DNA of 35,497 bases from contig NC_068992.1 in the NCBI RefSeq assembly GCF_001194135.2, forward strand, positions 32,096,867 to 32,132,363. The letters are read 5' to 3'. Position numbers and translations under genes: made by a program. The notes beneath the pieces are model-generated. The model was not told where the DNA came from, searched no databases, and saw nothing but the letters and a program-made list of their open reading frames with translations. Shown here piece by piece: positions 24,922-35,384 of this stretch. Each line of letters starts with the position of its first letter. Position 1 is the stretch's first letter. The stretch is from Octopus bimaculoides. Lineage: Eukaryota.

Positions 24922-25322
24922 TTTCTAGTAGTTTCTTGTAAAGACCGAATGGCATTAACAGTTGCATTGTTCTTCCGGCGACAATTTGTTATGCTGTTTG
25001 TACATCAGAACCATGTACACTATGGATTAAGCGCACACTTAGATTCGGTAACTGTTACTTGTTTTATGCTAAATAAAAGGTACCAGGCTAAATAAAAGGT
25101 ATTTGATCGTCAAATTTATGCGGTGACAATAAAGGCTGGCATAAAAAAACATAGCGTCACGAAATTATTCGGCATGTTAACCAGTGTTTATTGACTGTAT
25201 ATTGAAACCTTTGAGTTTGGGTCGGGTGGATGCTCCTGCTTACAAGAACAATTCAAATATCAACTGAAGATATCAACGCCTTAAGTTCAAACTGTAGTGA
25301 GTATTTGCTGTCATTGTTTTAC

Positions 25323-25545
25323 CCACGATACAAGTTTCGTGAATCTCGCTGTCATAAGCTTCTGCAAGCGAAGTTTGAAATGAGACCTGAACATAGGGAA
25401 GAATGTGCTGATTTCCTATCAAATCACTTGTGAATATTTTCTGGTCTTTGCGTTTGTGGGAAAGATCACACACAAAAGCAAATATAGACAAGCGGTTACA
25501 TATATTCATAAAGCGGTTGAACTTAAAATCTATTAAATTCATATT
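25323..25545 (-). CDS. Candidate exon, 223 nt, phase 0 to 1 (NMNLIDFKF...IHETCIV)
   Basis: Acceptor GTATATTTTTCAG, 74 open codons, donor TGG|GTAAAA. Confidence 0.35.
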
Positions 25546-25654
25546 CTGAAAAATATACGAATAGCACAGGATCCTACTGTTGCTGATGTGATTGCCAAAG
25601 CATCAAAGAAAACACGTGCTGAGTCCCACACAATGGCATGTAAGCACAAACATC

Positions 25655-25830
25655 CACGCACACACATACACACATACACACGCCATACACACCACACACA
25701 CTCACGTTCACACACAACACCCACACATACACACATCATACACACCACACACTCACGTTCACACACAACACACACACATATATACATACAGTTCACACAC
25801 AACAAACACAGATATATGCATACAGTACAC
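25655..25830. repeat. CA-rich degenerate simple repeat
   Basis: Direct reading. Confidence 0.85.
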
Positions 25831-26639
25831 ACAAGATTTTTCGATTTGATAGAAATTTGGAAACTTCTGTTTATGCTAAATATAATTCCTATCTGATATT
25901 GTGCATCCATGGACATTTTAGAAGAACGAAATCTGGTATGACAACATTTTGTGAGGAAGATATGCTTTTGTAATGTAATTCTCCATACAGATGCATCAGA
26001 TTTTTGAAATAATCAGCACAAACACGAATAAGAACTTAAGCCGAAAATAATTAAAAATGGCTTTAAGGTTTTCAGACTTTGACAAATGCAGGTAATTCCG
26101 GACTTTCGAACAACGTGAATTAATACAGTGAAAACAAGGAAAATTTTGAATCAAATGTGCTTCTAAATAAAGCTCTGACACATTTCTGACAGAAGTAATG
26201 TGTTAGTCAAATACAACACCCAACAACCACTATTCCGTTTTCTTTTCTCGGAGAGAACACGAAAGCATTATACTGCGTATAAAAAAAAGAGAGGAGAAAC
26301 GGACACTCCTGGCTGTCGATGATGATGACGTGAGATAAGTGGGCATTGTTTAAACTCAGAACGGAGAGAAAATCAATGTAAACGATTTAGTACGTTATGC
26401 ATCTACAAACACACTAATCCTGATGTATGCGTCATTCACAACGCTGCAGTCATTTCTCCTTTTTAATGGGCATATGAAAACAAGAGACACTATAGTAGAT
26501 TAGTACTCTACTGCAGATAACTGATATCAGTAAAAGATAGCCCACTACCTCTCACGATATAACTAATGCTTATAGGTGAATGATGTCTGTAATCTGTTAT
26601 TGTGTCCCTCATACCACTCACTAACTATGATATTATGAA

Positions 26640-27020
26640 AAGGTAAAATTGCTTACGATTTGGCAAAAGGAAATGGTCAGTTAAATCATCTCCTTTACAT
26701 GGATGATATAAAGGTTTATGCGAAACACAAACAGCGTAAGAAAATTATTGTAGCCAAAGCTGAATTGCAAAATTCTTATTGAAGCAATAAATTCAAGAAC
26801 AGCGCCTGTAATCAGCTATGGAGTTGGACTTATAGACTGGACCATAGACGTTATAACGAAACATGACAGAAAGACTAAAAAGCTGCTGACAATGTAAGGA
26901 ACCCAACATCCGAAATCTGATATCAACCAGCTTTACTTGAGGAGAGACCAAGGCGGAACAGGCTTAATGGTAGTAGAAGAATGTATACCGTTGGCAAGAA
27001 AAAGCCTAGTAGAGTATTTG
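26640..27020 (+). mobile_element. R4/Dong-clade RT fragment (diverged subfamily, internally deleted)
   Basis: LNHLLYMDDIKVYA (YMDD 26696-26707), APVISYGVGLIDWT, HPKSDINQLYLRRDQGG and SLVEYL. Confidence 0.85.
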
Positions 27021-27026
27021 CAGAAG

Positions 27027-28705
27027 CAGGTATTTTTACAGTCCTATGGTGGTTATTTTAAAATAGTTTTCCAGCTGTATAAGGCTTCTACCACCTTCTA
27101 TACGTTGTATATATAGCCTTTGTATGTCAGATTTTGGGTGGTGCATTCTAGATCCCGACGTTATATTTCTTGTTATCGTGTCTATTTTGGTTAGTTCATT
27201 TAGTGTCCAGTTGAGGATATTGCAGCTGTAACATTTTGGTACCCAGTAGAGGATATTGCATCTGTAACTTATAACTAGGACGGCTAGAGTGTTGATACCG
27301 ACTATCTTTAGCATTGAGCTCTGTTTTCAGTATTGATCTAACTCGTCTATAGTACACTTACTTTATTTTCTCTTTCATTTGTGCGTGTTGTATCGCATCT
27401 AGTTCATTGATTCCTAAATATTTGTATGGCTGGCTTTCGTCTAATTCTTTTATTTCATTGGCTTTATCTAGTATCATGTTTTCTACTCTGAACAAGTTTT
27501 CCTCTTTTCAAGGTTGCTTTGGCACATTTTTCTAAGCCAAATTTCATATTTCTTTCTTTAGTAAATCCATGTACTGTCTGTAGTAGTGTTTCCAGCTGTT
27601 TATCATTCGGAGCGTATAGTTTTAGGTTATCCATATATAAGAGGTAGCCGATTTTTTTGCCGTAACATTTGCATCCGCAACCAGTCCTGTTTAGCATGTC
27701 ATATAATGGTGTCAGCGCTAAGCAGAAAAGGTGTGGAGAGAGTATGTCTCCCTGAAATATTCCTCTTCTAATGGGGATGGCTTTGGTTTTTATGAGTTTT
27801 TCTCTTATTTGGAGCTGTAGCACTGGCTCCCATTTTTCCATAGAGTGTCTTATGTATTTTATAATAATTGGTCCTACCTCCTTTGTGGCTAATGTTTCTA
27901 GGATCTATGTGTGGGGGGTGCTGTCAAAAGCCTTTCGGTAGTCGATCCAGGCCATACTTGGGACTTTCTTCTTTCTACGGTTGTCATCAGTTATGGCTTT
28001 ATTGATCATTAGTTGATCTTTACAGCTGTATGACCCTTGCAGCATCCATTCTGCTCTTCTGGAAACAGGTTGCTATTTTCCAGATGCTTGCACAATCTCT
28101 GCGATATTATTGCAGTAAAGGCTTTGTAAATTGTAGGGTGACAGGTTATTGGTCTGTATTTTTGTGGGCTTGTGTTTCAGTCTATTTGATACTTAGGATA
28201 GTTTTCCCTTTGTGAGCCATTCAGGCAATGTCTCTGGCTCTTCTAGTATGACGTTAAAGTTTTCAGCCAGCTTTTTGTGTGTTGCTGTCGTATATTTTAA
28301 CCAGAAGTTGAGGATCTTGTCGTGCGCAAGTGCCTTCCAGTTGCTTCGCCTTTGCAGTGCCTAGGTGACCTCTTCAGTTGTTATAGTGCTCCAGAGTGTT
28401 TCAGGTGCTAATTTCGCTGTTTTAATTGTCCTTTTATGAGTTTCTTCCTTCGCCGACCATATTTATTTCCAAAAGTCTTCCACTTCTTCTGCAGCTAGTG
28501 TTGCAATGATGTCTATTTTATTTTTGCCAAGTTCTTGGTAGAATTTTTTGGAGTTAGAGTTGAACAGTTTATTTTGTTCAAAGAAACTTTCGCGTTTTTT
28601 ATACCGGCAGATTCTTTGTGCTTTGGCCAGGATATATTGCTTTAGCTTTTCTTTTACCTCTGGTAATTATTTTTTCTGTAATGTTGTATTTGCGCAGTAT
28701 TTTTG
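27027..28705 (-). mobile_element. 5'-truncated R4/Dong-clade RT region starting at (TAA)n
   Basis: QNKLFNSNSKKFYQEL, YRPITCHPTIYK (about 28121-28158), WIDYRKAFDS (about 27921-27950), RGIFQGDILSP (about 27735-27767), YMDN (27626-27637), FGLEKCAK and HPKSDIQRLY. Confidence 0.92.
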
Positions 28706-28707
28706 TT

Positions 28708-28736
28708 TCCTTCTTGTTGCTTAGTAGTTATTATTA

Positions 28737-28830
<94 letters not shown>
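28708..28830. repeat. (ATT)n microsatellite
   Basis: Direct reading. Confidence 0.97.
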
Positions 28831-28831
<1 letters not shown>

Positions 28832-28832
28832 T

Positions 28833-29012
28833 AAATGGAGTGATCTGTCAGAACGGTATTTCGCCCATCGATACGTTCTGAGCTTAAATTCCATCGGAGT
28901 CGACTTTGCCTTTCCTCCTTTTGGTGTCGATAAATTAAGTACCAGTGAAACACTGGGGCCGATATAATCGATTATTCCCCTCCCAACAAATTTCAGGCCT
29001 TGTGCATATATT
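28833..29012 (+). mobile_element. tRNA-derived SINE (tail type B) with internal deletion
   Basis: GTCGACTTTGCCTTTCCTCC..GATAAATTAAGTACCAG..CCCCTCCCAACAAATTTCAGGCCTTGTGC. Lies between trinucleotide tracts. Confidence 0.85.
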
Positions 29013-29030
29013 TGAAAGGAGTATTGATAG

Positions 29031-29290
<260 letters not shown>

Positions 29291-30269
29291 CTGCTATTGT
29301 TCTTGTAGTTGTTGCCGTTGATGATATCGTTATTGTTAATAACATTATTATTATTGTTATTTGTTACTGTTGTTGTTTTTTTGCTTTTGTGAGCAATGCA
29401 TGCCAAAAAAGTGAACCTGTGGCCCAAGTATTCGAAACCCAACCCAATAAATACATCATGATTACCTGTGTGATAGGGATATATCTTGATATATATCTTT
29501 CTGTTAATATGAGCAGTGGCTGTTTTATTATTACACCTCTTGTAAGTTTATCTTTTGTTTATGTTTACATGGGTTAGTAATTGTTTAATTTTGTAATATG
29601 GCATTTGACATGTTCACGAAGACCAGGTAGTATTGGTTTGTTCATTTGTATGCACTCACGTTAGAACACAAACTTAAAAAAAGTATTTGGAAATTTTGAT
29701 TTGAAAGTCTTTACCAAATAATGGCGATAAATATCTTAGCTAGCTGAATTGAGGGAGTAACTAGAGAGAAGTCTATAAGGGAGTTGCAGCACATTCCAGA
29801 AATCCTCGACTTCACTCTTCATGTGGAAGAAAATAACAATTTTCAATTCCAAAGTCCACTCCCCTTATGGCAAACATCAAAATCAGTAACAATCACAAAT
29901 CACAATAACGAAGCACGACTGTCAGAAGCAATATTTTCGGAGATGTATTACTACACATTGATGAGGAGAGGAAAATATCATTATTGAACATTTACTGTTC
30001 AACCTTTATCGCTGCGACAACAATAAAGGTAGCAGAAGTAATAACACCGAAAAAAAAACAACAACCGAAGCAACAACAGCAGAAGAAACAGCAGCAGCAT
30101 CAATGGCAACCACAACAGCTGCATAAGGAGCAACAATGACAATGACGACGACGACGATGACAAGGAAATTGGCAAAATCAGCGGGGAAGAAATATATAGA
30201 AACCAGAGGGTCAGCATAAATAACGGAGATGGTAAACAAAACAATGACAGAAACATAACGATCAGTAGA

Positions 30270-31020
30270 CCTTCTGCTGTAATGGCATCAACATCAACAA
30301 ACTTTTCCCGCTGTCACTAAGTGACAAATAGAAAAGGTTGACAGAATCAAGCGGCCTTGCAAAGTAGAAGATAGCAGAGCAAAATTTGCTGTCCCAGCTG
30401 AGATCTTGAGAGAAACTTCCTAAATGAGGCTCGCATATCTATGTGTGTCAGCTAAACCCGACGCTTGTAATCGAAAACACTTGTCCAGGTGGAAAGAACT
30501 CTGAGAGAAAGATGGGCGCACATTTCTCATGTGTCGAGGGCTACCGATGTTCATAAAGTAAATGTCTACTTGGAGGAGAATCATTATATTGAAGTGCTCC
30601 ATAGCTCCCATACGTGACAGGGACTCCTGCCTCTACACCACCTATTCAAGGAGAAGGACATGCGAACTGGATTGGGTAGCTGGTTGTTGCTAGTGTGTGT
30701 GTTGTGATGGAAACTGGAGGAAAATGTAGCAGAAACTGAGAATTGGTCACGGACCACACTAAACATTCTTTTCCAGAACAAACCGAGAAAGTGGAGAATA
30801 TCCCAGACCTAATCTACCTGACCAATGAATTGGCTCATCGATTAGCTTTTATTGCAGAAGGCATCAAGCATTCCACCCTAAGCAAAAATCAGATGAGAAG
30901 AGCTCCTCCCAGTTCTGCCGAAACAACAGTCCCAACAGAAGGCAGCATGCAACAGAAATCCTCATGTCCAGCACTTTCAAAATGCCCCCTAACTTGCAAA
31001 CAAGGCGTGTTAAGCTTTTA
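30270..31020 (+). mobile_element. Possible decayed L1/Tx1 ORF1 remnant
   Basis: Broken frames including IPDLIYL..RLAFIAEGIK, resembling the V-EG-R/K-P segment before the ORF1 zinc knuckle. The knuckle itself is not seen. Confidence 0.3.
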
Positions 31021-31823
31021 AATGCCTGGTTAACCAGTTAATCCAAAGGATGTTGTCGGTTTCTATCTGTGACGGGTTATTTGAGCAGAGGAGTTAGGAT
31101 TCAGTAAAGTATTAGCGTTAGAAGAATCTAGAATAAAAGGAGAATTAGTAAGGAAAGTAGAGGAAGCACACAGTAAACGCATAGCGACCAATATGTTGGG
31201 GTGAGTTTGGCTCTTGACCAATTCTTCAAAACCACGATAACTATCATACACAGAATCTTAGCCCGTTTATTTCTTTTTATGCATAGCCTATGTTAACCCT
31301 CACTGCACGCAGAGTTATTTATTCCTAATCCATGCACGAATCTAAATATACGTTTTGTTGGTAATTGGTATAAGTGATAGCAGAACGATATTATCTTTTG
31401 TAATGTTAGTTTCATATGACGTTCATTAACTAATGAAAAAGATAACATTTTATTTCGCTTTGATTACATAGTATGATGGAAATATTCTTGTGAGTTATAT
31501 CTCTGCAAAATGATCATAAATTATGAATTCAAAGGAAGCTTTTGTTATTGTCATGACACATTATCATTGGACAGATGCGTATTTTTTTAGTTATTTTAGA
31601 GAAATTGGCATTGTAATAATAATATGTATTCTGAACGACACATGACTCCGTTTCGGGTGAGATATTTCTATTTCTTGCACACAATATTCATCAAATTAAT
31701 GTAGAAGATATGGTGTAGCAATAAAAATAATCAGTTGAACCTGTAAACCGAAGAAATGCCTGGAAATTGTGTATATATTTCTAATTTTGATTACTTCAAT
31801 ATCTTGCAGAGATGAGTAATATA

Positions 31824-32064
31824 TACATTATTTACAATTGACGGATATTTATCCTCATCTTGTTTGTTGTTAACACAACGTTTTGGCTGATATACCCACC
31901 AGCCTTTATCAGGTGTCTAGGGGAAATTTCGAACCTGGGTTCTAATGTCTAAGGTATTTTTCGATGTTGTGTTTTCTTGTTAATATTAGTATTACTATTA
32001 TTATTCAGGTTACTACCTGGAATCGAACTTGGAATCTTGGGGTTAGTTGCCCGCGCTCTTAACC
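31824..32064 (-). mobile_element. tRNA-headed hammerhead element (family 1), copy 1, left arm of inverted pair
   Basis: The reverse complement aligns along its length with copies 2 and 3. The head is truncated at GGTTAAGAGCGC. Confidence 0.9.
31872..31917 (-). ncRNA. Minimal hammerhead motif, mutated (G8A, G12A), probably inactive
   Basis: GACAC CTGATAA A GGCTG gtgggtatat CAGCC AAAA CGTT GTGTT on the minus strand. Confidence 0.7.
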
Positions 32065-32105
32065 CCAAGATTCCGAGTTCGATTCTAAACAGTGACCTGA
32101 ATAAT

Positions 32106-32192
<87 letters not shown>

Positions 32193-32365
32193 AATGATAA
32201 TAACAACAACAACAACAACAACAACAACATCGAAAAATACCTTAGGAATAAGAACCCGGTTCGAAATTACCCCTAGACACCTGATGAAGGTGTAGGGCAT
32301 ATCAACCGAAACGTTGTGTTAACAACAAAGAAGATGAGGACAGATATCCGTCAATTGTAAATAAT
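32060..32365 (+). mobile_element. tRNA-headed hammerhead element, copy 2, right arm, with expanded (AAT)n(AAC)n linker
   Basis: B-box GAGTTCGATTC (32075-85), linker 32101-32229, tail with hammerhead, 3' end CCGTCAATTGTAAATAAT. Confidence 0.9.
32276..32320 (+). ncRNA. Minimal (short stem III) type I hammerhead ribozyme motif with intact core
   Basis: Stem I GACAC(32276-80)/GTGTT(32316-20), CTGATGA(32281-87) plus an extra A, weakened stem II GG-TG/CAACC, GAAA(32308-11), palindrome AACGTT(32310-15). Predicted cleavage after GUU at 32315. Confidence 0.75.
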
Positions 32366-33009
32366 ATTAATAATGTTGAATATCTTATTGAAAAAAATCT
32401 TAATATTTTACTCCAAATCTCATTGTTATTAAATCATCATTTTAGCACTTACGTTACCATATAACTTCAGAAATATATTGCGGTATTGATTAATTTGAAA
32501 ATAATAAAGAATTTATTAAAATGAATTAGTCACTCTTACGCTACTGTTTGGAACCTAATTTTACAAGCGATTTAGACAGGGTTCTTAATTTAGGACATTT
32601 TAACTACATTATAGAATATATCTTGTTATTATAGAAACAGTTGCAATCCCAGGCAAGTTGATAACAAATAACTAACTTTGTTATATAAATTTGATTGTCT
32701 TTTGTTTTCATTTTCAAATTAATTTAAGTATACCAAGTCTCTATTTGTTTTTCATCAGTTCACGTGCATTCCTATTTATGCAAGAGCACTTGATTTCACT
32801 CTTGATTACGTGGCCTCGTGTGTAATATGTTCGAAAATTATACTCCTGAAAAATGATCATAAATTAATTAGGATTTCAATGGAAGCTTTTGATACTGTTA
32901 TGACATGGTGTAGTGGTTAAGAGCGCGAGCTAGTAACTCCAAAATTCCATGTTCGTTTCCAAGCAGTGACCTGAATAATAATAATAATAACATCGAAAAA
33001 ATACCTTAG

Positions 33010-34096
33010 GGATATTTTCCCTTTGGCCGGCACATAGAAGAAAACAATTTTTTTGTAACTAAACACTTCAAAATTCGTATACTGGTAGAATGTATCACAT
33101 AAAACATCATTTACTCTTGACGTTTTTGAGAAAATTGTGTATTTTCGAAGTTATTTCCTGATAAAGTTACCGTATTTCGGTAATTTCAACTAATCAATGA
33201 CGCCTATGGAGGTGAAAATAATTACTGCTGTTGTTTGTCAACAACGACTTCTGTCGGTGTATATTTCGTTTGTCAGTCTTATTTATGACATCGTTTGTGC
33301 GTTTGTACTGTTTTTAGCTTTAGGATTTTAGGGTTAGGTTAGCGTTTTTTTTAGTTACTATTTTCGGAAAGACATTTTGCCCCCCTCCCCTTCCAATCCC
33401 TTCATTTTTCAAATTTTCCGTAACTCTAACCCTAAAATCCCAACCCTAACCCTAACCTTAACACTCCAACCCTAACTCTAAAACACTAACCTTTACCCTA
33501 AAACCCTAACCCTGACCCTAAAACCGTAACCCTAACTCTAAAACCCGAACCCTAACCCTAAAACCCCAAAGCTAAAACCAGTACAAACGCAGAAACGATG
33601 TCATAAATAACAGTGACGAATGAAATATATACTGCCGATAGTTGTTGTTGACAAACAACGGCAGTAATTTTATTCAAGGGAAAAGATCCCAAAATAGACA
33701 ATTTCGGAAACGCTAAAACAAAGCGATAATGCTTTCACAAACAAAATAAAGTGAAAAAAAAAATGTTTAAATAACTCATAACTGAATTGATTAAAGTATA
33801 CACACGCGTATCTTAAATCTAAATATATCAGAAATAACAGTTACAAACTGAATATACACCGCCGGAACGTCTTGTTGACAAACCACAGCAGTAATTGTTT
33901 TCACCTCAAATAGACGTAATTGATTGGTTAAAATTACCGAAATAGGACAACTTCAACACGAAATAACTTCGAAAATAAACTATTTTCTCAAGAGTAAATG
34001 ATGCTTTAAGTGATACATTCTACCAGAATACGAAATTTGAAAGTGTTTAGTTACAACAAATTATATTTTCTATGTGCCGGCCAAACGAAAAGATCC
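33010..34096. mobile_element. Non-autonomous long-TIR DNA transposon with internal (CCCTAA)-like repeats
   Basis: Termini GGATATTTTCCCTTTGGCCGGCACATAG and reverse complement GGATCTTTTCGTTTGGCCGGCACATAG. About 260-bp imperfect TIRs (33010-33272 and 33833-34096). TSD TACCTTAG(G) at 33002 and 34097 (8 or 9 bp). Degenerate TAACCC array at about 33420-33570. No ORF. Confidence 0.9.
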
Positions 34097-34135
34097 TACC
34101 TTAGGAATGTGAACCCAGGTTCGAAATTTCCCCAA

Positions 34136-34181
34136 TACACATGATGAAGTCTGGAGGGTATATCAGCCGAAACGTTGTGTT
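34136..34181 (+). ncRNA. Minimal hammerhead motif, mutated (C3A)
   Basis: TACAC ATGATGA A GTCTG gagggtatat CAGCC GAAA CGTT GTGTT. Confidence 0.7.
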
Positions 34182-35384
34182 AACAACAAAAAAGATGACG
34201 ACAAATATCCGTCGAATGTAAATAAATAATGTAAACATTATCATTGGACTGATATGTATTTTTATATTTTTTTATAATTTTAGAAGAAATGGCATTCTAA
34301 ATCTATTTTCTGAACTACGCGTGATTCCGTTTTGGAGTAAATATTTTTATTTTGCGCTTATATTTTTCGCTGACTAGACGTGTACTCTCAGAGATGAAAT
34401 GATGTACTAACTTATCTGTGCATATACAAATTAACATATTATAGCGGTTGAGAGGCATGGAGAAAAAACTTTGTTAGGTCATAAGCTTTTTCTTCTGGGA
34501 AGTTATAATTTGAGCACGCTTAATTTGGAAAAACTTTTACTCAACATTACAGTACTTAAAATGGATTTCAAAATACATTAGAAATATGTAAAATACAATA
34601 GACTATTTAATGGGAATTTAGTGAATATATCTGAGCATACTTAGCATTGAAACTACTCAATGTATAACCTAATTTTTAAAAGGACAGCACGTTCCATGTA
34701 ATTTGTTTCCTTAGATTTTCTCCTATTTTCATAGTTAAATCTATGTGATTGATGTAAATACAGTTGTTAATAAGATTTATGCCAACAGGGCACCTTATTT
34801 GTGTTTTAAAAGAAACTTCAATAGTGTCTTTATACGCTATAACTCCACAAAATTCTATAATCAAATCAATATTTGAATATACAATAATCATACATGGAAC
34901 ATGACTTTTCTCTAAAACTGTCTTCAAGCGAAAGAACGTTTACATTATTACCCAGGAAACTATTTCCGGTATCACTATTATAGTAATAATTCAATGCAGG
35001 TAACGACTTATAGTTTGTAACAGTGATTTATTTCATGTTTTATTTTACGGGGCCGTTGATATGAAGACATTGTGAAGAAAAATACACATACGCATACACA
35101 CACACGTAGAAACATAAACAAATGCACACACAGGTATACACCCATATTTCTATGAATTTTAGCATATGTATCTGAGTATTTATATGGTTATATGTATTAT
35201 CTTTATATTTTTATTTGTTGTTTTTTTTTTCAATCATTGGAAGGCAACCATGCTGGGGCGTCGTTTCAGATGTTTTAGAACAAAATCTTTAATTCAGCTG
35301 TTAAGTTAGAGTTAAATAAAGAAACAAAAAGCGGCTGTTAAGAGGGAGTAGGGGACAAGCACAAACATAAAAGACACCCACATA

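Larger units (their letters stand above)
32906..34235 (+). mobile_element. tRNA-headed hammerhead element, copy 3 (about 235 bp), split by the 33010-34096 transposon
   Basis: A-box TGGTGTAGTGG (32906-16), anticodon-like arm GAG-CTAGTAA-CTC and degenerate B-box GTTCGTTTCC. Continues at 34097 with the same tail as copies 1 and 2. Confidence 0.9.

Noticed and set aside
25068-25101. 15-bp direct repeat GCTAAATAAAAGGTA with a 4-nt spacer
   Set aside because: Could be an excision footprint or slippage, and nothing here distinguishes them.
26275-26340. TATAAAA and TGACGT motifs suggesting a promoter
   Set aside because: Such short motifs are common in AT-rich DNA and have no linked plus-strand gene.
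31085-31200. Open frame AEELGFSKV..ATNMLG ending at GG|GTGAGT
   Set aside because: Good donor but an isolated plus-strand segment next to a probable L1 remnant, with no recognised homology.
32906-32972. Possible functional tRNA-Thr gene
   Set aside because: The 5' acceptor strand is missing, the stems are broken and it is fused to a repeat tail, so it is a SINE head.
33420-33570. True or interstitial telomere
   Set aside because: The repeats are degenerate and enclosed by TIRs and a TSD, so they are part of the transposon.
34676-34927. 83-aa minus-strand ORF with a possible internal acceptor
   Set aside because: No donor, no recognised homology and an in-frame stop that does not fit the downstream candidate exons.
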